From: a virus | Reading direction: 5' to 3' (one strand) | Virus record (IMG/VR): IMGVR_UViG_3300009514_000019 | Span: 3,845 to 67,844 of that record | Length of the DNA: 64,000 nt | Part shown: piece by piece, positions 39,522-49,305 of the stretch | How positions within the stretch are numbered: position 1 is the first letter of the stretch | Layout: every line of letters starts with the position of its first letter | Notes under the pieces: generated by a model | Told to the model about the DNA's origin: nothing | Databases searched by the model: none | What the model saw: only the letters and a program-made list of their open reading frames with translations | Program-made: the position numbers and the translations under genes

Positions 39522-40895
39522 TTACGACTTGATTCCAAACAAGCCGTTGAAACAATCATTCTTGCCCGCTGGCTTTGGCGTAGGTGTGCCTTCGGTGCGT
39601 GCAGGAACAACTGGAGTAATTCCAGCCACACTCTTCTTAACTGTTTCCAACACGCCCGCAAGTTCTGATAATTGTTTTTGAACAATCATCGGAACTTCGG
39701 GTGTTGGTTCAACCACAGGAGGGGTAACAGGGGCCGTCATTTTAGTAACAAACTCCCCGAAATTTTGTGCAAGTGCTTGCACTTGTCCAGTCAAGGTTTC
39801 CAAAGTAGGTGTAACTTTCGCCATAATTGCTTCAGTGGCTTTAGTCACAACCTCGTCCATGTTAAGAACAGGAGGAGTTGCTTCCGGGGTAGCCGGAGGA
39901 GTTACAACAGGAGCGACTTCTGGGGTCACATCCTTTGTAACTGGAGTTGTTGGAGTATCAACAACTGTCGTAGGGGTAGCGGGATCGGGCATTGTAGTCT
40001 CCTTTGATTTGGCTACAGTTTGTAAGAAAACATCTTTCTCATCCTCAGATAAAGTTAACGTAGCCGAGGATTGTTGAGGCTTTCCTAAAACTAAGTTTGC
40101 CCCGTCGGCCATTTTAACTACTAATAATCCATCCTCATCTAATTCTCTCATACTATCATACGCATATATTGTAGATTCGCTTTCAACAATAGTAAAATTA
40201 TCCACCTTATCCCTAGTTAACTGCTCCTCAACATCCTTTTGCTCATACTTTGCTTTATCAAATTGGTATGAATGGATTGCATCTTTAGCAACAATAAAGG
40301 AACTCCCAACATTATTAGGAGCAGTTACTAAAGATATTTCTACAAGGTCTATATATGAATAACTCTTGTATGTTGATTTAGTTTTCTCATCATAAGTATA
40401 GGAGGGCCGAGACATCCCCCTCCATGAAAAACCAGAAAGCTCACCAGACTTAACCATGCTTATCACATCTGGATCACTGATCCGTATGAAAGCATATAAG
40501 CCTCGTGAGCCTGTGCCTAGGTTGGGGTTACGTTCTTTTGGAAACGTATCAATTTCTTTCTTAGCATTTACATCCCACACTGACCACATTCCTGGTTTAT
40601 CTGAAGTTTTCAATTTAACTTCATGTAAACCAAGCGGCACTCCTACCCCCACCCTGTTACCCATCTTATTAACCCATAAAGCATGGTTAACAAGTATGGC
40701 AGGTTGTGCCATATATGATGGAATATCAAAGGCGGAGGGACTTACTAGTTCTTTATCCCTGTCTGCAATTTGAACAGAAACAAAGCCTTTAATGATGAAA
40801 TTTTCATCTGTGTTTTTTGGTGTGGCAATAAAGAACTTATTACTAGGTTGATAATTTACGAGATCAATTAAATCTGTAGGCATATTTTCCTCCAT
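39522..40895 (-). CDS. Prohead protease fused to a scaffold domain
   Basis: DRDKE, NH, SGELSGFS, EISLV..PNN; Pro/Thr-rich linker and helical C-terminus. Confidence 0.85.
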   Translation of the reverse strand: MEENMPTDLIDLVNYQPSNKFFIATPKNTDENFIIKGFVSVQIADRDKELVSPSAFDIPSYMAQPAILVNHALWVNKMGNRVGVGVPLGLHEVKLKTSDKPGMWSVWDVNAKKEIDTFPKERNPNLGTGSRGLYAFIRISDPDVISMVKSGELSGFSWRGMSRPSYTYDEKTKSTYKSYSYIDLVEISLVTAPNNVGSSFIVAKDAIHSYQFDKAKYEQKDVEEQLTRDKVDNFTIVESESTIYAYDSMRELDEDGLLVVKMADGANLVLGKPQQSSATLTLSEDEKDVFLQTVAKSKETTMPDPATPTTVVDTPTTPVTKDVTPEVAPVVTPPATPEATPPVLNMDEVVTKATEAIMAKVTPTLETLTGQVQALAQNFGEFVTKMTAPVTPPVVEPTPEVPMIVQKQLSELAGVLETVKKSVAGITPVVPARTEGTPTPKPAGKNDCFNGLFGIKS

Positions 40896-40908
40896 AAGAA
40901 AGTAAGGT

Positions 40909-40937
40909 ATTATACTCTATTCTCCTAGGTGAGTCAA
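40909..40937 (-). promoter_or_regulatory. Sigma70-type promoter upstream of the protease/capsid genes
   Basis: TTGACT-17 bp-TATAAT. Confidence 0.7.
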
Positions 40938-40965
40938 GGGTACTGAAAATTTTGTTAAAAATATA

Positions 40966-41154
40966 TTAAATTATTTTCACAGGTGGTTTAATTACCTTAC
41001 TTTTTGCAGCATCAATTGCAAGGGCTACTGTTTTATGTGTCAATGTCCAGGAACTGCTGTGTGTCCCTGTTTTTAAATCAAATACCTGTATTTCACAAAA
41101 ATACTCAGCACCATCACTGTATACTTCAATCCTGTGTGTCAACATTTTACTCAT
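40966..41154 (-). CDS. Small hypothetical protein
   Basis: TAAGGA RBS after a palindrome, ATG at 41154. Confidence 0.55.
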   Translation of the reverse strand: MSKMLTHRIEVYSDGAEYFCEIQVFDLKTGTHSSSWTLTHKTVALAIDAAKSKVIKPPVKII

Positions 41155-41182
41155 ACTTATTTCCTTAGTGCAAGCACTTGCA

Positions 41183-42973
41183 CTATGCTTGCGGGCCACG
41201 TTGAATTGTTTGAATTGCTGTGTTTTCAGGGGCATTTGCTGGTGGCTTATTTTTGAAGTCACCCCCAGCTTTCTGCTTGGCTTCTGCATTTACTTTAGCT
41301 AACTCCATTGGATCAGCTAAGGTAGATTTCATGCCGTCCATTTCATCCACAAATAATATGGCGTTACCTACCTTAATGAATGCCCTGTCCCCACCTTTAA
41401 TGGGGCTTCCCAGGCCGCCAGCGGCCCGGACCTGGTTAATAGTGACTATACCCCTATCGAAATAACCACTAAATACTCGCATCTTCGTTTCATTGTCACG
41501 AGTATCTATTTCTTCAAACACCACACAAATTAAGTGCAACCCTCGGCCCACACTTAATATATTATTAAGTATTGCTGACCACCTTTGTTGGCTAGGGATA
41601 ACTATACGATCTTTGTAAATCTCAGCTTGTGACAACCCTTTGCCTGATCCGAGGCTTGCTGTTTCAGACTGGCCAATGATTGCCGCTGTCACACCATGCG
41701 AAATACGAATAGAGTCTGCGTTGTCCTTGTATTGCTCACGGAACCACCCATCCTGGTTATCCGCATCCAATTTTTGAAACACTACTTCCACGTTACCTCG
41801 ACCTGTTGGCAACGGTAATATGAGTGTTTTGTGGGCACGTCCTTTAACTTCGGTTTGAAAATATTTTAATATTGCATCCTTGACAGCATTGTCTAGTTTT
41901 GCACCTTTAATAATAATAACATATCGAGGAATAGTGTTATGTTCAAAAAATTGCAAGGAGTATTGATTTATGTTCAAGTTAATCAATATTTTAGGAAGGA
42001 TAGGAACAACATCACTAATCCCATAATATAGTGTGGCAGGATGGTGCTTCACAATCCAAATAATTTCATTGGCCGAACTAAGGAAGTTATCCGTGGGCCT
42101 CCCCTCTGCCCAGTCAATCATGTTAAATTCGGCATTTTCCGCTGTTAATTCACCATCTAAATCAGGTGAGTACGGGTATCCTTTGTTAGTCATGGGGTCA
42201 ATGCGTTTTTTACTCAGTACTTTCTGACCGAAAGGTTGATAAAATACTTTTTTCCCACCTTCCCTTAATTCAAGGAAGCCTTTCCAACCTTCCACAACTC
42301 GAAATTTGTCTGCGGGTGCATAATCTAAGCTATGAACCTTCATATCAGCAGACCTAATTACTTCGATTGCACACCAACCGATACTCTCTAAATCCATAGC
42401 TGCTTTGAGCAGCACCCCTTCCAACCCAAATACTTGATTACAATTAGTGAAGAATGAGGTTGCTTCTTGAATTTGTATTGTAGCTTGTTTCAACTTTTCC
42501 GCATCAACAATGTCTTCCTCGTCAAAATTACCAGGTGTAGACTTTATTGACTTCTCGACTTCCAATGTCCATGCCCTGCCAACTGCATCCTGTGCTTTTG
42601 CAGCTATACACCTAGTATTTGTTTCATCTTTTTGTGAAAATAACTTAATCAATTCTGGCGAGTAAGGTGGTTCGATTATTTTTAACTGATTAAGCGGGAG
42701 TCCTTGTTTCTCTTTGGACAATGTGCTATCTTGCCGACTTCCATCAACGGATTTTAATGTGTCCTGAAGTGCCTCAACTTCAGTGGTAACTTGATCTTTG
42801 TTAATCCCTTTAAGGGTAACTTGATCCATTATCCCGCTAAGTACACTGTGGCCATCCACAATGCTGGGATTATCCTCATCCCCCACTAAATAGTATTCAC
42901 TAATAGTAGGTTCTTCTTCAATTTCATTAAAACCAGGAGATGCAATAGCATCGTAAGTAGCAACTGTCATCAT
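41183..42973 (-). CDS. Portal protein (PBSX-like)
   Basis: EII......P...YYGISD, FFEH..IP, GIVTINQVR...G; between TerL and protease; RBS-supported start at 42973. Confidence 0.88.
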   Translation of the reverse strand: MMTVATYDAIASPGFNEIEEEPTISEYYLVGDEDNPSIVDGHSVLSGIMDQVTLKGINKDQVTTEVEALQDTLKSVDGSRQDSTLSKEKQGLPLNQLKIIEPPYSPELIKLFSQKDETNTRCIAAKAQDAVGRAWTLEVEKSIKSTPGNFDEEDIVDAEKLKQATIQIQEATSFFTNCNQVFGLEGVLLKAAMDLESIGWCAIEVIRSADMKVHSLDYAPADKFRVVEGWKGFLELREGGKKVFYQPFGQKVLSKKRIDPMTNKGYPYSPDLDGELTAENAEFNMIDWAEGRPTDNFLSSANEIIWIVKHHPATLYYGISDVVPILPKILINLNINQYSLQFFEHNTIPRYVIIIKGAKLDNAVKDAILKYFQTEVKGRAHKTLILPLPTGRGNVEVVFQKLDADNQDGWFREQYKDNADSIRISHGVTAAIIGQSETASLGSGKGLSQAEIYKDRIVIPSQQRWSAILNNILSVGRGLHLICVVFEEIDTRDNETKMRVFSGYFDRGIVTINQVRAAGGLGSPIKGGDRAFIKVGNAILFVDEMDGMKSTLADPMELAKVNAEAKQKAGGDFKNKPPANAPENTAIQTIQRGPQA

Positions 42974-42998
42974 ATGCTCCTTTGTGCAAGTACTTGCA

Positions 42999-45803
42999 CT
43001 AACCCACAATACATTCTAATTTACCATCAACAAGTAATTCTGCTGCTAACCTATCGAAGTTATCAGCATGGAACTGGTGATCTTTTGTTTTTGTCCAAAT
43101 ATTACGTCGCCGACCCTTTGCATCCTCAGTAGTCTCTCGCACGGATGAGCACATTTCAAACACATACTCACCATTAAGTAAGTCTCTAAAATTCTCTGGC
43201 AAAAGATTACGTTTCCTTTTCAATGCACTAAACGTATTATCCAGTGCTTCTGTGCGATCCACATGTATTGATAGGTCTGATTCGTGTATTAACTGTGATG
43301 TTGTGAGTCCTTCACTGTACCTATACTTGCATAACCAAACTGCCACACCTTTTGAGTTTCCAACATCCTGTACTTCACGAGAGATGGCTGCTTCCGGCTC
43401 CGAGTCCATAACAGCTACTTGGACATTGTACCGATCCATTGCCTCATATAAGTCATCTTGGTGTTTCATCTTTCCAACATAAACACATTGCCTGGTCCCC
43501 CTGTTAGTTAAGTAGGATATGCGGACATCGAAAGATGATCCAACATCTATCCCCATACTACATGGGCCAATATGGCAGTCATCTTTAATGTGGGCACAAT
43601 CATCTTTGATAACAAACTTATAATTAGGTATTACACAAGATTGTAATACACTATCTGTTAATTTATTACCAACTGTTGCAAAAGGTATCCCCAATTCAGA
43701 CGTAACGAAGTGCTTTAACTTAACTAAGTCACCTTGGGCACTTTGAAAGCGACCCCACATGCCTTCAATTTCATTATACAAATTGCATACTTTGGATAAA
43801 TGATATCCAACTTTATCCATATCTTTTTTCTTAGGAACCCAAATACCTTTTTTACTATGCCTGTGTAATATCCCACCACACCCAGGGCAGATCATATGCA
43901 CATCCCGCTTTATCCCAGGACGCCACGCTGTATCTCTCAATGCATAATCAACTACCTCACCTTGCTTATCCCTAACTTCCTTGACTATTGTTTTATACCA
44001 ATTAGCCTCATAGTATTTACCACAAGATAAACAAGGGACAAACCACTCACGTTGGTCGGTTTCCAAAAATTTTCCATGAATACCGAGATTTGGTTGGTCA
44101 GGATTCCCCAAGTATCGAACAAATTGATAAGGTGACGCCCCCACACGGTCAATAGCATATTGGAGGTTCACTTGATTACATTCATCCACTTCGTCCACGT
44201 ACACCATGTCAGCAGGGTACTCACGGAAATCGCTCAAGGAATTTGAACCAACATATTTAATAGTCCCTTTACCGAAGGACTTCAAAAAAACAGAATTAAA
44301 AAAACCTTCTCCTACAATAGATTTGTAATAAGGAACCATTTCCACACATTTGTTTATACGATTTTGTACATAAGTTGTGCGTGATTCCACTTTAGGAATA
44401 ACAAAGAACACTGATAACCCAATGTACGCCGCTGCCAGGTGTTCTGTTATGACCATTTCGGTGTTATGTGTGACAACATAATTATCCATTAAATAAAGGT
44501 GGTGCGGGTCATCCACCACAATACACTGAGCTTCCTCATCCTTGGAATATTCACATCCTAGTACCTTAGCCCCTAGTGTCCTTATTCGACGGTGTGTTTC
44601 TGATACATTATCCTTCTTCCTACTTAGCCTAAAACATTGCTTCGGATGGGGCATAGAGATGTTTAAAATATAACAATCCTTAGCCTCAATTTTTTGTCCA
44701 AATTCGACATAGTAAGAACTTCTACCAGCATATTTTGCACACCCTCCCAATGACCATACTATTTCTTGAATATCTTTAATCAATTGTTCTGAAGTTAGCC
44801 TAATAGTCACCCCACCATGTTTACACCCAGAACCGTCCGTATCTAATAATCCTTGCAGGATAGCAAAACGCTGCTCAACTGATCCTTCTTTATAGCATTG
44901 TGGGATAAACTTAGTGTGGCTGTATGTATCCAATAAACCTAAGGATTTGAATAAATCCTTAATTCGACGAACTCCATCACTAGCTTCAAAAATACCCTCA
45001 TGTTTTTTGAAAAATGAAGTAACTGGGTCAACCTTGTCCGGCTGTAATATTAATCCAAATTTTGCAACATATTTGTTAACCGCATTCAATAGCTCCTTAT
45101 CCAAGCTAGAAAAGCGTAAGTTAGCTTCCCTAATTTCACCATCCCCCAACATCATGCCAACAAAATAGGGGTCTAATGGTAGCTCCTGTTCCGGTTTTTC
45201 CACAGGAGCAGTGGGTACTGGGATTGTGAACCTTTGATTAAGGTATTTTGTAGCTACTAAAATTTGCTTAGTGGTTAATACTTCAAAATGCTTACTAACA
45301 CGCCAAATACGATTTTTCCTGCCTTTTGGAGTTTTTTTACTTTGTTTACCCCTCAGCACAACCCAACGATGGTCGCATGTGGTTTCAACTTCCCTACCAT
45401 CATCCAAATAAAATTTGTAAAGTTTTTGCACACCTTGTGGTTGAAGTTGGCTTACTTTAGCTACAACACCACGCGGGGTAGAAATATCATCCCCTACCTG
45501 TAAATCACCCATCCTTTTCCAACCAGTGGGAGTATGTACAAAACTGTTCACACTTTGGGCTTTGAAAGATTGGGTCGAACCGATCAAAACAAGGTGGGGG
45601 GCACAAGTTTCATAAATTTCCCTAATGTGAGGAAAACGTACAAAATTCATTAAATCACCACGAGTATTTATGTGATGATCTAATGCGAAAGTCAACCTAG
45701 TGTTTTTCAACTCAAGCAGCTTACTCCATTTTTGTAGGGATAAGTCATCCTCATTCTTGAAGTAACTAGTTAAATCAGGTGCTTCCATTACTGCTGACAT
45801 CAT
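42999..45803 (-). CDS. terL: Terminase large subunit (lambda gpA-like) interrupted by an intein
   Basis: Walker A STQSFK|TE, Walker B YVDEVD, CxxC...CxxC, nuclease GIDVG and DHQFHAD. Confidence 0.9.
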   Translation of the reverse strand: MMSAVMEAPDLTSYFKNEDDLSLQKWSKLLELKNTRLTFALDHHINTRGDLMNFVRFPHIREIYETCAPHLVLIGSTQSFKAQSVNSFVHTPTGWKRMGDLQVGDDISTPRGVVAKVSQLQPQGVQKLYKFYLDDGREVETTCDHRWVVLRGKQSKKTPKGRKNRIWRVSKHFEVLTTKQILVATKYLNQRFTIPVPTAPVEKPEQELPLDPYFVGMMLGDGEIREANLRFSSLDKELLNAVNKYVAKFGLILQPDKVDPVTSFFKKHEGIFEASDGVRRIKDLFKSLGLLDTYSHTKFIPQCYKEGSVEQRFAILQGLLDTDGSGCKHGGVTIRLTSEQLIKDIQEIVWSLGGCAKYAGRSSYYVEFGQKIEAKDCYILNISMPHPKQCFRLSRKKDNVSETHRRIRTLGAKVLGCEYSKDEEAQCIVVDDPHHLYLMDNYVVTHNTEMVITEHLAAAYIGLSVFFVIPKVESRTTYVQNRINKCVEMVPYYKSIVGEGFFNSVFLKSFGKGTIKYVGSNSLSDFREYPADMVYVDEVDECNQVNLQYAIDRVGASPYQFVRYLGNPDQPNLGIHGKFLETDQREWFVPCLSCGKYYEANWYKTIVKEVRDKQGEVVDYALRDTAWRPGIKRDVHMICPGCGGILHRHSKKGIWVPKKKDMDKVGYHLSKVCNLYNEIEGMWGRFQSAQGDLVKLKHFVTSELGIPFATVGNKLTDSVLQSCVIPNYKFVIKDDCAHIKDDCHIGPCSMGIDVGSSFDVRISYLTNRGTRQCVYVGKMKHQDDLYEAMDRYNVQVAVMDSEPEAAISREVQDVGNSKGVAVWLCKYRYSEGLTTSQLIHESDLSIHVDRTEALDNTFSALKRKRNLLPENFRDLLNGEYVFEMCSSVRETTEDAKGRRRNIWTKTKDHQFHADNFDRLAAELLVDGKLECIVG
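44463..45560 (-). mobile_element. Intein (366 aa, Ala1 start, class 3 WCT signature) with a LAGLIDADG endonuclease
   Basis: AQSVNSFVHTPTGWKRMGDL start; block B TCDHRW; block F AQCI; ends VVTHN|T; GMMLGDG and GLLDTDG motifs. Confidence 0.92.
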
Positions 45804-46444
45804 TTAGCCTCTTCTTGTATTACAATCACATCTTTCATTTCCTCTATTTTTGGCATAGTCCGTCCACCTGAGATTAGTTCAGTAATATGTGAAATCATCT
45901 CATCTTTAGTCCTAGTGGGCGTGTTAGAAATTTTTTTATCTGTTGGTTGAGTTTCCTGAAGTGAATAATGGATTTCCTTCACAGCACTTGGTAATACGCC
46001 TGTTTTCTGAAGCATTTCAAATGATTTACTCTCCGCATCCAATGCTAACTTTAAGAATGTACCTTTTGACTTTAAATCAATATTCTCTATGTTATTTACA
46101 ACTGAACCATCCGGCATTACCTTCAAACCCATGACATCAATTGCATGTACTTGACTCATTGCTGAGTCTCGCACTGCTCTAATAAACCTAATCATATCCA
46201 GCAATAGTTCAGAACGTGGCTTATTAGTTAATGTTTTATCAAATTCCTGTTTATATTTATCAATCCACCGATAAACAGTCGCTTGAGAGATTTTAAAAGA
46301 TTGTGCGATATTCTGAATTGGGACTTTCTTTAACCAAAGTTCATACACTTTCGATAACTTATCTTCGGGTATGGGAGTATTATCTTCCTCCACTGGTTGC
46401 ATACCTGCATTAACTTTATCCAAAACCGCTAGTAAGTTACTCAT
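45800..46444 (-). CDS. Probable terminase small subunit (HTH)
   Basis: IQNIAQSFKISQATVYRW helix-turn-helix; directly upstream of TerL. Confidence 0.65.
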   Translation of the reverse strand: MSNLLAVLDKVNAGMQPVEEDNTPIPEDKLSKVYELWLKKVPIQNIAQSFKISQATVYRWIDKYKQEFDKTLTNKPRSELLLDMIRFIRAVRDSAMSQVHAIDVMGLKVMPDGSVVNNIENIDLKSKGTFLKLALDAESKSFEMLQKTGVLPSAVKEIHYSLQETQPTDKKISNTPTRTKDEMISHITELISGGRTMPKIEEMKDVIVIQEEAK

Positions 46445-46839
46445 ATTGTGTCCTTACTAAATTCCTCATCAAGTTTGCTTGTCATGCCTTCCAAATACTT
46501 CTGTGCATCTAATGCAATTTGGAGGAAGTGTGCTTGTGCCGGATAATCACAGCAAATGTCCTTTTGAGTAGTGCCGTCAGGTAGTATTGTTACTTTATTT
46601 AAATCAATTTCATGAAATTTAGCTAATGCCATGTTCCGTAATGTACCTAAACCAAGGTAATGGTCAAATGTAAACTCCTCAATAGTTTTAGCATGTAAGC
46701 ATTGCTTGACTTCCTGTTTGAATTGATTTACTAATTTATTAACTTCTTCATTACTTTTTAATTGAAATGCTTTTGCAATGTTCTCATTCGTCACACCACG
46801 AAACTTCATTTCGTATGCTCGTTGAGATAAATCACTCAT
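46441..46839 (-). CDS. Shorter paralog of the TerS-like protein
   Basis: YE...NIA..F, ID...PDG, FL..ALDA shared with 45800-46444. Confidence 0.65.
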   Translation of the reverse strand: MSDLSQRAYEMKFRGVTNENIAKAFQLKSNEEVNKLVNQFKQEVKQCLHAKTIEEFTFDHYLGLGTLRNMALAKFHEIDLNKVTILPDGTTQKDICCDYPAQAHFLQIALDAQKYLEGMTSKLDEEFSKDTI

Positions 46840-46840
46840 A

Positions 46841-47428
46841 TTACTTTACTCCTAATAGGCTAAAGAATTCTGCTTTTGCAGTACCTTCCTTAAACGCTCC
46901 GATAACACTGCTTGTCACCATCTCACCAGTGGATCGAATTCCCCTGCACCTCATGCAACTATGTGTAGCTTTTACAACCACTATAACACCTAATGGATCG
47001 AGTACTTCGTTTATTGTGTCCCGTATTTGTTGGGTGAGTCGCTCTTGTATTTGGAGTCGATGTGCAAGTACTTGCACTGTCCGAGGAAATTTACTTAGTC
47101 CCGCCACCTTTCCATTCGGAATATACCCAATATCAACTGACCCCCAAAAAGGCATTAAATGGTGCTCACATAAGCTACTAAAAGGAATGTTCCGAATAAT
47201 AACAAGGTCATCCGAGGCTGCTTCAAATGTGACTTTAAGTGGTGCTTTTGGGTCTTGTAAGTACCCTTCGGTTAATTCACGAAGTGCTTTCAAGAAACGC
47301 AGCGGTGTTTTTTCAATATCTGGACTATCTTTCAGCCCTAGTGATTGAAAAAACTTTTTAAATACACTAGTGAAATAAAACTCAAACGAGCTATCTTTAC
47401 CTAGCGAAGGTGAAGCATCTTGTGCCAT
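46841..47428 (-). CDS. folE: GTP cyclohydrolase I
   Basis: SLCEHHLMPF, GLSK..R, RLQIQERLT, HSCM..RG. Confidence 0.95.
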   Translation of the reverse strand: MAQDASPSLGKDSSFEFYFTSVFKKFFQSLGLKDSPDIEKTPLRFLKALRELTEGYLQDPKAPLKVTFEAASDDLVIIRNIPFSSLCEHHLMPFWGSVDIGYIPNGKVAGLSKFPRTVQVLAHRLQIQERLTQQIRDTINEVLDPLGVIVVVKATHSCMRCRGIRSTGEMVTSSVIGAFKEGTAKAEFFSLLGVK

Positions 47429-48003
47429 TGTACACTCAACTTCCATTTAGGGTTTTCCATAATTAATTTAATACACCAAGCAAGTGACTTTTGATCTACC
47501 GTCCAATCAGGGTTGAATACAGGACTGAGATAATAATGGTCCGCTTGTATGGAAGGTTTTGGTAATGCCCTGCCATCCGCTAAAACATACCTTAGTTCAT
47601 GGCACTTGCTAAGTCGTATTGTATGTTCCGCTGTCTTGGGACTACAAGACACCCAGTCCAATGTTAATTTATCCAGGTTATGCGTACCATTTGTTTCCAC
47701 GGCAAGGAAGTAGTGTTTTTCCCATAAATCCCTTGTAAGGTCAAAATCCAGTTGGAGGGCAGGCTCCCCTCCTGTGAAAATAATGTTTGGACAAATTCCA
47801 CCAACTTCTTCAATTTTTTCAATTAACCCTTGTTTTGTATACTCAATTGAGCCGCTATAGTCTGTGTCACAATCGAAACCATGCTCTGCTAGGTTACACT
47901 TCAAATTGCAGTGAGCAAACCTGACTAACACATTGGCTATGCCAGATCGCTGTCCTTCCCCTTGAATTGATAGGAATATTTCATTAACATGGTACTTCTT
48001 CAT
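47401..48003 (-). CDS. queE: 7-carboxy-7-deazaguanine synthase (radical SAM)
   Basis: EIFLSIQGEG, CNLKC...CDT, TGGEP, ETNG, SPK, LSVQWHK. Confidence 0.92.
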   Translation of the reverse strand: MKKYHVNEIFLSIQGEGQRSGIANVLVRFAHCNLKCNLAEHGFDCDTDYSGSIEYTKQGLIEKIEEVGGICPNIIFTGGEPALQLDFDLTRDLWEKHYFLAVETNGTHNLDKLTLDWVSCSPKTAEHTIRLSKCHELRYVLADGRALPKPSIQADHYYLSPVFNPDWTVDQKSLAWCIKLIMENPKWKLSVQWHKMLHLR

Positions 48004-48028
48004 ATTTACCTTCATACCTATGTAGGTG

Positions 48029-48064
48029 AAAAAAGGTCAGTGAATATAAATCCACTAACCTTTT
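48029..48064 (-). terminator. Probable intrinsic terminator/attenuator between queD and queE
   Basis: GGTTAGTGGAT-TTAT-ATTCACTGACC followed by T6 on the minus strand. Confidence 0.55.
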
Positions 48065-48066
48065 AA

Positions 48067-48513
48067 TTATCCTTCCCAAGATGCAAAACAATTGTCCGTT
48101 TCATGCACAACAACCTTGATGACTTTTACTTTATATTGTGCAAGTGCTTGCACAAACTCATCATATGTTCCAAGAAATTTAGCAATATTCTCAGCCGTGG
48201 GATTTTCGTGCATCAAGTAAACTTTTTGAACAACTTCCTTAGTGTGTTCAGTAAAGTGCAATAACGCATCTTTCGCTGATTTATCTTGCCAATTCAATAT
48301 AAATCCATGATCGAAGTTTTTTTGAATCCAAGGATCGTATACTTGTTTAATTACACTGAAATCAACAACCCTACCAATTTCATCTAAGTGCCCGTATGTT
48401 TGTGCAGTTATTTCAACATTATAATTATGCCCATGCAGATGGGAGCACTTTGATTCATGCCCCATCAGGCGATGGCCTGCACTAAAATGTAGCTTCCTCG
48501 TGCAAGTTATCAT
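48067..48513 (-). CDS. queD: 6-carboxy-tetrahydropterin synthase
   Basis: FSAGHRL, C..LHGHNY, VDF, DH, PTAENIA, ET. Confidence 0.93.
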   Translation of the reverse strand: MITCTRKLHFSAGHRLMGHESKCSHLHGHNYNVEITAQTYGHLDEIGRVVDFSVIKQVYDPWIQKNFDHGFILNWQDKSAKDALLHFTEHTKEVVQKVYLMHENPTAENIAKFLGTYDEFVQALAQYKVKVIKVVVHETDNCFASWEG

Positions 48514-48531
48514 ACTTCATCTCCATTAAGT

Positions 48532-48560
48532 ATTATATATCATTGGGTAGCCTGTGTCAA
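48532..48560 (-). promoter_or_regulatory. Consensus sigma70-type promoter upstream of queD
   Basis: TTGACA-17 bp-TATAAT. Confidence 0.8.
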
Positions 48561-48572
48561 GGTATTCACAAA

Positions 48573-48836
48573 TTATAAATTTACCCAAATAGGTTCTAGT
48601 TGTGATTCAACTTTTGGTGGTACTTTTCCTGCTAACTTAATATGCGGATAACATTTCTTTTGGAACACTTTCCACTGATCTGTGTCAAGCCATCTACTTA
48701 TGTTATTTAAGTCATGCTCATAGCAAATCATTTCAATACCTGTGAATCCATGTTCATTTAGAATAGTTATTACTTGTTTCCATACAATAATTTCATCTCT
48801 CGTCAAATTAATACTTGGTAACTCAATAAATAACAT
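48573..48836 (-). CDS. Hypothetical protein ending EPIWVNL
   Basis: 87-aa ORF. Confidence 0.65.
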   Translation of the reverse strand: MLFIELPSINLTRDEIIVWKQVITILNEHGFTGIEMICYEHDLNNISRWLDTDQWKVFQKKCYPHIKLAGKVPPKVESQLEPIWVNL

Positions 48837-49011
48837 GTTATGCTACGTTTACCTTGTTTTCAAACTAACTTCCACGCACCACACTTAGGGCAACCTAGCT
48901 TTTCCCTAAAATCATATGGGCTAGTATATTCAATCCAAATATGTTTGCACTTAAACCTACCCTTATAACTTGTTTTTTGTGGTTTTGGAACTCCTTTTCG
49001 CATTTTACTCC

Positions 49012-49305
49012 CTATGTTACTTGGGCGACAGGACTATGAGCGTACTTCATTTCAATGCCTCGAAAAGAATCAATGCAAAATTTAATTTGAGTGTATCCAA
49101 TCCTTTTAGCAATTTCCACTTCACCCATCATAATACTTGAGGAACTTCCCCAGATATGACAGCCATTTAGTGCTGTCACTTCCTCGAAATCACTATCCGC
49201 ATCAAATGTTAATACTGATTGTCCTCGGTCAGGTCCAGTTAACTCAAGCCGCCCACCACCATTTTCATTTAAAATAACTGCCCTAACTGTTGCATCAATT
49301 GACAT
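49012..49305 (-). CDS. Hypothetical protein
   Basis: 97-aa ORF overlapping the stop of the AsnB-like gene. Confidence 0.65.
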   Translation of the reverse strand: MSIDATVRAVILNENGGGRLELTGPDRGQSVLTFDADSDFEEVTALNGCHIWGSSSSIMMGEVEIAKRIGYTQIKFCIDSFRGIEMKYAHSPVAQVT

